From contig JASTWF010000138.1 in NCBI GenBank assembly GCA_030390025.1, positions 372,001 through 436,000 on the forward strand: a stretch of 64,000 bases of DNA, given 5' to 3'. The number at the start of each line of letters is the position of its first letter. Positions within the stretch are counted from its first letter, which is position 1. The stretch is from Squalus acanthias. Its lineage: Eukaryota. Shown here piece after piece: positions 35,138 to 45,710 of the stretch. The position numbers and the translations under genes were made by a program. Under the pieces are notes generated by a model, which was not told where the DNA came from, made no database searches, and saw only the letters and a program-made list of their open reading frames with translations.

Positions 35138-36800
35138 GCCGCGATTTTTCTGACCTCGGCGGCCGATGTCGGTGGCGAGTCCCGACCCCGGTTTCCGCTC
35201 CATTCGGCTGTGTAAAATGATTTTCCATTGATGTGGCTCGTAAAGGCCGGCCACGCGTTTCCCGGTCCAATTCGAGGAAGCGGGTCTGGTGACGTCATTT
35301 GATGACGCGTCATCAGCCGGTTTCCTTAAAGAGACCATGGCCAACTTAACCTTGACATTTGTGCTGTCAGTTTCTGCAGCATTGAGGTGCTGCAAACACT
35401 TACAGTGACTGCACAGATGCACAAGGCTGCACGCAGGCTCTCCCATGACTCCCTCCATATGCATTTGGAGTAGTCAAAGCACGCAGGGACGTCGTCTGCC
35501 CTTCCCATGGGCAGAAGAGACCTCCCCAGGAGACCTAAACAGGCTGGTTGCACATTGCAGAGGAGGGCACAAGCAGGGATGTGGTCAGGAGGACCAGTCT
35601 GCAGTGCCGCAAACGTTTCAATTATCTCAGTAGATCACGAAACGTTCGTACAAAGCCACACTCAACCTCATCCTACTGTGCGTCTCATCACATCCCCATC
35701 ACTCTGCCTTCCCTATCCTACTCCTGCACATCCTTACACATATCAACTTAACTTGCACCTCTACCCATCCCTCTCTATCTATCTATATTACTACATCACC
35801 ATCTCCCTAGCCGCGCCTCACACTCAACCCCAGCCTAGTGTAATCATACCAATTAACAACACACAAGGGTAGGCACTTGGGTGTTTTATGCAATGTCCAT
35901 GTAAAGTTTCTGTTAATGTGGTGTCAAAGATTGAAACCTTTATTTTCAACACTCTGCGTTCTTGGACAGATTTGTGTGCACCTTTAGAAGTGGCTTAGTG
36001 AGTTGCAGTGAATGTTGAGACATAACGGTAACCCCCGTACTGGTGATGAGTGTGAAAGGAATGGTTTGGGCATTGTGGGGATGTTTTATGGTGTTGGTGT
36101 GGGGTGGTGCCAACCTGGCGCATCATGTGAGTATACAGAGTCAAGTGAAGTAACTCTGGCCATGGTGAGGCTACCCCTGGCCTCCTGGGCAGCAATGTGG
36201 ACGGCTGCTGCTGCCCTCTGTCCTGTGCAGCATCAGTTGATTGCGGAGAAGGTTTGTGCTGTTGTTGGTGCTGCTGGTGTGCTTGGTGCTGTTGGTGTTG
36301 GGGCTGATCGTGCTGGGATCCTGAGGACCAAGGTGAGGGAATATAAAGGGCACTTTTGCTGATGGAATAGATGGCAGGTGAATTAGAAATGACAGAAGCG
36401 ATCTGTCAATGGTGAGATCGGTAATGAGATTAAACTGGATGTAGATTTGTGTGAAGATTGCAGCATGGTGAATCTGTTGTGAAAATGCAGTGAGGAATAG
36501 CTTGTGGCTGAGGGAAGATATCTCTGTAAGGTGGGAGCTTTAACTTGACATTTGAAGTTGTCGACTCATCAGCTGATTCAATGGCCACTGACCTCCCTCC
36601 TCAGCTTCACAGAAGAGGTCTTGGCACAGCGTGAAACCCGTGAACGAGCTGTCACATTCAAAAGGTCAGTTTAAAACCATTGTTCAGTGGCTGTAAACAA
36701 GCCACTAATCATTTAAATTGGCTCCCCCGCCGCTGCGTGTCGGGTCCACCCAACCCGCCTCCGATCGCGCCCACTGACCCCACAACCAGAAAATCTCGGC
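35138..36800. mobile_element. Degenerate Harbinger/PIF-like DNA transposon with Myb/SANT remnant
   Basis: Imperfect TIRs GCCGCGATTTTTCTG...CAGAAAATCTCGGC. The + strand VVRRTSLQCRKRFNYL (~35580-35628) matches the RTxxQCRKRFNDL motif of Harbinger Myb/SANT proteins. Confidence 0.7.
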
Positions 36801-36824
36801 GGCTGTACCAGTTCCAAACTAATT

Positions 36825-37205
36825 CTACTGCCCACTCTCTCCCCATAGCCTTGTATCAGTCCCAAACTAATCACACTTCTACACTCTATGAACAGACCTG
36901 TATAAATCCCCAAACTATTCCAACTACCCCGCACTCTCCCCAAATCCCTGGATCAATCTAAAACGAATTTCATCGCCATGCTCTCTCCCCCTGGCAATCC
37001 AAAACGAATCTCAATTTCCGCGCACTCCCCATAGACTTTTTTCAATCTCAGACGAAACCCATTGTCCTTCTCCCTCCCCTTAATCCTGTATCAATCCCAA
37101 ACTCACCCCTCTGTCTCACACTCTCTCCAAAGGCCTGGAACAATCCAAAAAAAAAACCATCCCGCTCCCTCCCGATAGCGCTGTATCAGTCCCAAACTAA
37201 TCCCA
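36825..37205. repeat. Degenerate ~40-60-bp C-rich tandem repeat
   Basis: Recurrent ctctccccatagcc.tgtatca.tcccaaactaat. Confidence 0.6.
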
Positions 37206-37506
37206 GTCAGAGGGACCATGAACTATGATGTCACACAGAGATTCCAGAGCAATGGACTCCTCATTACCAGAAAGGGAGCACAAAAATAAAACAGCAATAG
37301 AAAATTAACAGATGTATTCCAGATTTAATAAGCAACTACCAGATGATACACAAAGTAAAATAACGACACACTTTCCATTGTCAAACAGTGAGTCATGGGA
37401 TAACCTTGAACGGACGTTGAGCTCATGCTCTCATTAAAATTCCCGCCTGTAGCAGAGAAATTCAGGGCACAACATCTGCAAAGCGCTTGACTGAGAAATT
37501 AGTGCT

Positions 37507-38765
37507 CACCTGTCAGAAAATAGTGATGTCTTTGTCATTGGTACAGTAAGGACAACTGACAGCAAATTAGGATGTTTGTGTCTCTGGTACAGGCAGGTCA
37601 CCTGTCAGTAAATTGGGATGTTTGTGTCTCTGGTACAGTTAGGACAACTGACAGCAAATTAGGATGTTTGTGTCTCTGGTACAGGCAGGTCACCTGTCAG
37701 TAAATTGGGATGTTTGTGTCTCTGGTACAGGAAGTCACCTGTCAGTAAATTGGGATGTTTGTGTCTCTGGTACAGGAAGTCACCTGTCAGTAAATTGGGA
37801 TGTTTGTGTCTCTGGTACAGGCAGGTCACCTGTCAGTAAATTGGATGTTTGTGTCTCTGGATACTGGCAGTCCTGTCAGTAAATTGGGATGTTTTGTGTC
37901 TCATGGTACAGGCAGGTCACCTGTCAGTAAATTGGGATGTTTGTGTCTCTGGTACAGGAAGGTCACCTGTCAGTAAATTGGATGTTTGTGTCTCTGGTAC
38001 AGGAAGGTCACCTGTCAGTAAATTAGGATGTTTGTGTCTCTGGTACAGGAAGGTCACCTGTCAGTAAATTGGGATGTTTGTGTCTCTGGTACAGGAAGGT
38101 CACCTGTCAGTAAATTGGATGTTTGTGTCTCTGGTACAGGAAGTCACCTGTCAGTAAATTAGGATGTTTGTGTCTCTGGTACAGGAAGGTCACCTGTCAG
38201 TAAATTAGGATGTTTGTGTCTCTGGTACAGGAAGGTCACCTGTCAGTAAATTGGGATGTTTGTGTCTCTGGTACAGGAAGGTCACCTGTCAGTAAATTGG
38301 GATGTTTGTGTCTCTGGTACAGGAAGGTCACCTGTCAGTAAATTGGGATGTTTGTGTCTCTGGTACAGGAAGGTCACCTGTCAGTAAATTGGATGTTTGT
38401 GTCTCTGGTACAGGAAGGTCACCTGTCAGTAAATTAGGATGTTTGTGTCTCTGGTACAGGACGGACACCTGTCAGTAAAATGGAATGTTTGTGTCGCTGG
38501 TACAGGAAGGTCACCTGTCAGTAAATTGGGATATTTGTGTCTCTGGTACAGGAAAGTCACCGGTCAGTAAATTGGGAGGTTTGTGTCCCTGGTACAGAAA
38601 TACCACCTGTCGGTAAATTGGGATGTTTGTGTCTCTGGTACAGGAAGATCACCTGTCGGTAAATTGGGATGTTTGTGTCTCTGGTACAGGAAGGTCACCT
38701 ATCAGTAAATTGGGATGTTTGGGTCACTGGTACAGAAAGGTCACCTGATAGTAAATTGGGATGTA
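37507..38765. repeat. ~46-bp minisatellite, ~27 copies
   Basis: Unit gtcacctgtcagtaaattgggatgtttgtgtctctggtacaggaag. Confidence 0.96.
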
Positions 38766-38986
38766 AGGTCTCCACCCCATTCCACAACTCTATGCTGCTC
38801 ATTGCACTGTTGGAATCTTATCTTTACACTAATATAAATGGTGATATTTGTATGCCACCGAACAGGGAGATGTTTCCTGTTTACATCAATACATTCCCAG
38901 CGGCGGAAATTTTTTTTTTCCAAATGTAAAGCAGGCTCGAGCTATTCTGAAAAGGCAGAATTGTTGCTGGAACTTAATTTTTTTCT

Positions 38987-39888
38987 TTATTTAATTAATT
39001 TACCTATGGGGCCCAGCGGATATCGCACCATATTCTTTAACTGCTCCCTGAATTTGCTCTGAGTCACTGCATAAATAAACGTGTTTGTGCAGCAACTCAA
39101 CAGCTGAAGCATATTTGCGCTTTCTAGGAGGATAAATTTGGGGTCACTGAAACCGTTGATTTTATAATCAATTGTAAATCGCTCATAAAAGAATTGTCCA
39201 ACATACGTCATCCACAACAGGATGAAACTACCCGAAATGGCGAAGAGTAAAACGATGGATTTTCTCCGGCTTTCCATCTCTGGGTCACTCTGATTCTCTC
39301 CATTGCTGTTGGCCCGGAGTCTCCTGCGGGCTCTACTGGCTGCTAGAATGTATCTGACGGTCAGAGCATTGAGCAGCAATATCAGGAAGAACGGGAGACA
39401 TGGGGTTAAAAGACGATCAGACCAATCAAATACTGTCCATACAAGCGAAGTATAACGGATATCCTTCTGTCTGCAATACCACGGGACATTGTTAATTATG
39501 TAGATGGGTTCGTATATAAAATACCAGGGAACGCTTTTAAAACATCCCAGCGCACAAACCGTTCCTATAACAACAGCCGCCGTTTTCTCGGTGCAATATT
39601 TTGCCTTCAGCTTCTGGCAACAAATGGCTACAAATCGATCAAAGGTGAAAGTGACTGTTAACCAGACAGAACTGTCTCTGGCTGCATAAATTAACGCAAT
39701 GCTGAGGCTACATACGGGAGTAATGGACAGGAAGCTACCTGGAAAATAAATGCTCGGAATCCGGTTTAATATCACAGCAGTGATAATGACCAAGAGATCC
39801 GTCACCGCCATGGACACCAGGTACCGAGTGATACATCTGGAGAGACCGCACCTTCCTCGGGACAGGATCACAATCGCCACTAAATTAA
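38987..39888 (-). CDS. GPR139-like rhodopsin-class GPCR, exon 2 (rest of TM1 through TM7)
   Basis: Acceptor tctttcttacAG at 39890-39889. (V)NLVAIVIL...YLVSMAVTDLL...FTFDRFVAIC...WYC...PCLPF..ILLLNALT...TNTFIY...FR. With exon 1 it gives 972 nt, 323 aa, uninterrupted. Confidence 0.93.
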
Positions 39889-39971
39889 CTGTAAGAAAGA
39901 GAGCGAAAGAAGAGAAGTTACAGAGTAAACTCCCAGCAGAAGGAATATATTTAACGGAATTATTGGTCAGA

Positions 39972-42390
39972 GATGGGGAGAGCAGGGAGAGATAAACCGA
40001 ACGGATGGGGAGAGCAGGGAGAGATAAACCGAACGGATGGGGAGAGCAGGGAGAGATAAACCGAACGGATGGGGAGAGCAGGGGAGAGATAAACCGAACG
40101 GATGGGGAGAGCAGGGGAGAGATAAACCGAACGGATGGGGAGAGCAGGGGAGAGATAAACCGAACGGATGGGGAGAGCAGGGAGAGATAAACCGAACGGA
40201 TGGGTCGAGCAGGGAGAGAGATAAACCGAACGGATGGGGGAGCAGGGAGAGATAAACCGAACGGATGGGGAGAGCAGGGAGAGATAAACCGAACGGATGG
40301 GGGGAGCGGGGAGAGATAAACCGAACGGATGGGGAGAGCAGGGAGAGATAAACCGAACGGATGGGGAGAGCAGGGAGAGATAAACCGAACGGATGGGGAG
40401 AGCAGGGAGAGATAAACCGAACGGATGGGGAGAGCAGGGAGAGATAAACCGAACGGATGGGGAGAGCAGGGAGAGAGATAAACCGAACGGATGGGGAGAG
40501 CAGGGAGAGATAAACCGAACGGATGGGGAGAGCAGGGAGAGATAAACCGAACGGATGGGGAGAGCAGGGAGAGATAAACCGAACGGATGGGGAGAGCAGG
40601 GAGAGATAAACCGAACGGATGGGGAGAGCAGGGAGAGATAAACCGAACGGATGGGGAGAGCAGGGAGAGATAAACCGAACGGATGGGGGAGCAGGGAGAG
40701 ATAAACCGAACGGATGGGGGAGCAGGGAGAGATAAACCGAACGGATGGGGAGAGCAGGGAGAGATAAACCGAACGGATGGGGAGAGCAGGGAGAGAGATA
40801 AACCGAACGGATGGGGAGAGCAGGGGAGAGATAAACCGAACGGATGGGGAGAGCAGGGAGAGATAAACCGAACGGATGGGGAGAGCGGGGAGAGATAAAC
40901 CGAACGGATGGGGAGAGCAGGGAGAGATAAACCGAACGGATGGGGAGAGCAGGGAGAGATAAACCGAACGGATGGGGAGAGCAGGGAGAGATAAACCGAA
41001 CGGATGGGGAGAGCGGGGAGAGATAAACCGAACGGATGGGGAGAGCAGGGAGAGATAAACCGAACGGATGGGGAGAGCAGGGAGAGATAAACCGAACGGA
41101 TGGGGAGAGCAGGGAGAGATAAACCGAACGGATGGGGAGAGCAGGGAGAGATAAACCGAACGGATGGGGAGAGCGGGGAGAGATAAACCGAACGGATGGG
41201 GAGAGCAGGGAGAGATAAACCGAACGGATGGGAGAGCGGGGAGAGATAAACCGAACGGATGGGGAGAGCAGGGAGAGATAAACCGAACGGATGGGGAGAG
41301 CAGGGAGAGATAAACCGAACGGATGGGGAGAGCGGGGAGAGATAAACCGAACGGATGGGGAGAGCAGGGAGAGATAAACCGAACGGATGGGGGAGCAGGG
41401 AGAGATAAACCGAACGGATGGGGGAGCAGGGAGAGATAAACCGAACGGATGGGGAGAGCGGGAGAGATAAACCGAACGGATGGGGAGAGCAGGGAGAGAT
41501 AAACCGAACGGATGGGGGAGCAGGGAGAGATAAACCGAACGGATGGGGAGAGCAGGGAGAGATAAACCGAACGGATGGGGAGAGCGGGGAGAGATAAACC
41601 GAACGGATGGGGAGAGCGGGGAGAGATAAACCGAACGGATGGGGAGAGCAGGGAGAGATAAACCGAACGGATGGGGAGAGCGGGGAGAGATAAACCGAAC
41701 GGATGGGGGGAGCAGGGAGAGATAAACCGAACGGATGGGGAGAGCGGGGAGAGATAAACCGAACGGATGGGGAGAGCGGGGAGAGATAAACCGAACGGAT
41801 GGGGGGAGCAGGGAGAGATAAACCGAACGGATGGGGAGAGCAGGGAGAGATAAACCGAACGGATGGGGAGAGCAGGGAGAGATAAACCGAACGGATGGGG
41901 AGAGCGGGGAGAGATAAACCGAACGGATGGGGGAGAGCGGGGAGAGATAAACCGAACGGATGGGGGAGCAGGGAGAGATAAACCGAACGGATGGGGAGAG
42001 CAGGGAGAGATAAACCGAACGGATGGGGAGAGCAGGGAGAGATAAACCGAACGGATGGGGAGAGCAGGGAGAGATAAACCGAACGGATGGGGAGAGCAGG
42101 GAGAGATAAACCGAACGGATGGGGAGAGCAGGGAGAGATAAACCGAACGGATGGGGAGAGCAGGGAGAGATAAACCGAACGGATGGGGGAGCGGGGAGAG
42201 ATAAACCGAACGGATGGGGAGAGCAGGGAGAGATAAACCGAACGGATGGGGAGAGCAGGGAGAGATAAACCGAACGGATGGGGGGAGCAGGGAGAGATAA
42301 ACCGAACGGATGGGGGAGCAGGGGAGAGATAAACCGAACGGATGGGGAGAGCGGGGAGAGATAAACTGAACGGATGGGGAGAGCGGGGAC
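39972..42390. repeat. ~32-bp purine-rich minisatellite (~75 copies) in the GPCR intron
   Basis: Unit gggagagataaaccgaacggatggggagagca. Confidence 0.97.
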
Positions 42391-42939
42391 AGCGAATCCG
42401 AGCAGGAGCCCGGGATGGAAGTTCCTGGGAAATGGGCTATTCTTGAATCCAGTCACTTACTTCATTGTTGTGAATTATCAATAACGCGTTGAGCTATAAC
42501 TTACTTCAATAAGTTAATTCCTTCACACCAAATCACAATTTCATTACTTATTGAATTAACTCACCCAATCTTAATTTATTAATTACTTAATCAAAGCAGT
42601 TAGTGATAAAAGCATTTGAGAAATTCAGCCAGGAACGACATATTTCTGAATCGGTATTAAATCTGGTAAAAATAAATGTTAACAGAAGACAAATAGCAAT
42701 TCCATTCACGTCATACAGTCATGTCCATTAATTGTTGGCCCTTTGTATTCTCGTGGCCTGTTCAATTTTGAGAGGGCCAGGATACCAAGTTCCCCAACCT
42801 CATCTTCCACTCACATGATCTGCGGGTTCTTCAGTTTAATGGTGGGATGGACTTTGAACATGTGGGCAAGGTTACTGCATTTTTCACAATATTACACATG
42901 TTGGAGTTCACTGCTTGTTTCACAGCCGCTAAACAGATT

Positions 42940-43480
42940 AGGAAACTAGGAGCAAGAGGAGGCCATTCAGCCCATCTAGCGTGCTCCGCCTTTCAACTAA
43001 ATCATGGCTGATGTGAATCTTAACTCCATTTACCCGTCTCGGTTCCATATCCCTTAATGCCCATGCCTAAAAAAAATCTCTCATTCTGAGTTTTGACATT
43101 TTCAATTGCCCTAGTCTCAACAGAATTTTTGGAGATAGAGATCCAGTTTTACACTACCCTTTGTGTGAAGAAGTGTTTCATCACTTCACCCCTGAACGGC
43201 CGAGCTCTAATTTTACGGTTATGCCCCTTTGTTCTGGATTCTGTCGCCAGAGGAAAAGTTTCTCTCTATCTACCCTATCATCGTAAACACCTCTTGATCT
43301 TCTATTCTCAGGGAATTCAAACCACGTTTATGCAACCTGTCCTCATAATTTAACCCTCTAAGCCCCGGTATCATTGTGGTGAATCTGCCTTGCACCTCCT
43401 CCAAGGTCAATGAATTCTTCCTGAGTTGCGGTGCCCAGAACTGAACACAGTACTTCAGATGCGGTCTGACCAGGGCGTTG
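42940..43480 (-). mobile_element. CR1 3' fragment in the GPCR intron
   Basis: ALVRPHLKYCVQFWAPQLRK...RFTTMIPG. Confidence 0.85.
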
Positions 43481-43549
43481 GTATTCCAGCACTTGGAGAT
43501 AACAGCTAACAATCCATTAATTAATGACTAGCTTGCTGCAGTACTTTAC

Positions 43550-43619
43550 CTGGAACAGCGATAGCTGCAAGGGCAGTGTAGTAAATGGCATAGACCGGGC
43601 CTTCGGGCGGGACGTGCAT
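43550..43619 (-). CDS. GPR139-like GPCR, exon 1
   Basis: ATG at 43619 encodes MHVPPEGPVYAIYYTALAAIAVP with phase-1 donor AG|GTAAAG. TATA-like TATAAT lies ~70 bp upstream. Confidence 0.88.
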
Positions 43620-44561
43620 TTTCTGTGAGAAGCAGCGATGTCTGTTCGGGATCCCACACGCGCTCTGTTCGACATTCGAAGGATCGCTTATTATACCTGA
43701 TGTTAACCCCCCATGGACATAATTAGATAGAATCAACATTAATGTTAGTCACGCTCATTGAACAAACATCTTAGGTGACATCACCATTTATGTTAGCGGC
43801 AGTCATTGAAGAAATAGAATAGGTTTCATTACCTTTAATGTTAGTTACAGTCATTGAACAAACAAGTTAATGCAGTCGATTTTACCTTCATTTTTAATGC
43901 AATAGAATGGATAAACATAGAGGTCACAGAGTTTTAAAGGGAAACGTTGCATCCTTTAGGAAAGAAAACCTCCTGTACATACCCGGTCTGGCCGAAAAGT
44001 GACTCCAATCCCATACCAACGTGGTTGACCATTAACTGTCCTCTGAAGGGGCCCAGCAACCCAGTCACTTGTATCAAAAAGCTACAAAGGAACAAAAGAA
44101 TAAAACCGGATGGACCATTGGCTGCGACATAATCACAGAATTCGGAGACAACAAAAGCACACCCAGCCCAGTCCACCCTGCCAAGTCCTTCACACTAACA
44201 TCTGGAGATTGGAGCCAAAGTTGGGAGAGCTGCCTCACAGAGTAGTTCATCAACAGCTTGACATAGTTATGATCCCAGAATCATACCGACAAGCCAAGGT
44301 CCCAAACTCCTCCATCACCATGCTTGCGTATGTCATGTCCCACCAGCAGGACAGACCCACCAGAGGTGACGGTATACAGTCTAGGGGTGGCGGCCCTGGG
44401 AGTCTTCTATGTTGATGCTGTGCTCCATGACGCGCATGGCTTCAGCTCAAACAAGGGGAAGGAAACCTCCTGTTCATTACCACCCCACCATCTCTCAGCT
44501 GATGAATCGGTACTGTGCAATGTTGAAAACCTCTTGCAGGAAGCAACGAGGAGATAAACGG

Positions 44562-44665
44562 AAATAACAACAGAAAACGCTGGAAAAACTCAGCAGGCCA
44601 GGCAGCATCCGTGGAGAGAGAAACAGAGTTAACGTTTCAGGTCGAAGACCTTTCGTCAGAACGGT
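44562..44665 (-). mobile_element. 104-bp hammerhead-ribozyme mini-element with 12-bp TSD
   Basis: The - strand reads GTT-CTGACGA-A-AGGTC-ttc-GACCT-GAAACGTT-AAC (44662-44628). GGAGATAAACGG is duplicated at 44550-44561 and 44666-44677. Confidence 0.85.
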
Positions 44666-45309
44666 GGAGATAAACGGTGTAGAACCTACTCTGGGAGGGG
44701 GACTTCAATGTCCATCGCCAAATGTGGCTCGGTAGCAACACTACTGACCGAGCTGGCCGAGTCCTGAAGGACATAACTTTCAAACTGGGCTTGTGACAGG
44801 TGGTGAGATAAACAACACCAGGGAATAAACTACTCGATCTCAGACTCCGGAATCTACCTGTCGTGGATTCATCTGTCCATGACAGTATTGGTATGAATGA
44901 CCACCACACAGTCCTTGTGGAGTCCCCTCTTCACACTGAGGATACCCTCCATCGTGTTGTGTGACACTACCACCGTGCTAAATGGGATAGATTCAGAAGA
45001 GATCCAGCAGCTCAAAACTGGGCATCCATGAGGCGCTGTGGGCCATCAGCAGCAGCAGAATTGTATTCCACCACAATCTGTAACCTCATGACCCGGCATA
45101 TCCCTCACTCTACCATTACCAGCAAGCCAGGGGATCAACCCTGGTTCAATGAAGAGTGTAGAAGAGCATGCCAGGAGCAGCACTAGGTGTACCTATAAAT
45201 GAGGTGCCAACCTGGGGAAGCTGCAACACAGGACTACATGCATGCTAAACAGCGGAAGCAGCGTGCTATAGACAGAGCTAAGCGATCTCACAATCTCACG
45301 GATCAGAGA

Positions 45310-45710
45310 ACGGTAGCATAGTGGTTATGTTACTGGACTAGTGATCCAGAGACCCTAGATTAATGATCAGGAGACATGAGTTCAAATCCCACCACAGGCA
45401 GCTGGGGAATTTAAATTCAATTAATTATATTAATCTGCAATTAAAAACTAGTATCAGTAATGGTGACCATGAAACCACCGGATTGTTGTAAAAACCCATC
45501 TGGTTCTCTAATGTCCTTTAGGGAAGGAAATCTGCCGTCCTTACCTGGTCTGGCCTATATATGACTCCAGACCCGCAGCAATGTGGTTGACTCTTAATTG
45601 CCCTCTGTGGTTCACAAAGGCGGCTCACCACCACCTTCTCAAGGGCAATTAGGGATGGGCAATAAATACCGGCTTTGCCAGCGACGCCCACATCCCATGA
45701 ACAAAAAAAA
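45310..45710 (+). mobile_element. tRNA-derived SINE sharing its 3' end with the host LINE
   Basis: A-box-like tagcatagtgg and B-box-like gagttcaaatcc. The tail gcggctcaccaccaccttctcaagggcaa...cccacatcccatgaac(A)n matches the host LINE 3' end at 47368-47462. Confidence 0.8.

Noticed and set aside
39967-42456. 829-aa - strand ORF
   Set aside because: It is a translation of the 32-bp minisatellite inside the GPCR intron, cycling through three frames.
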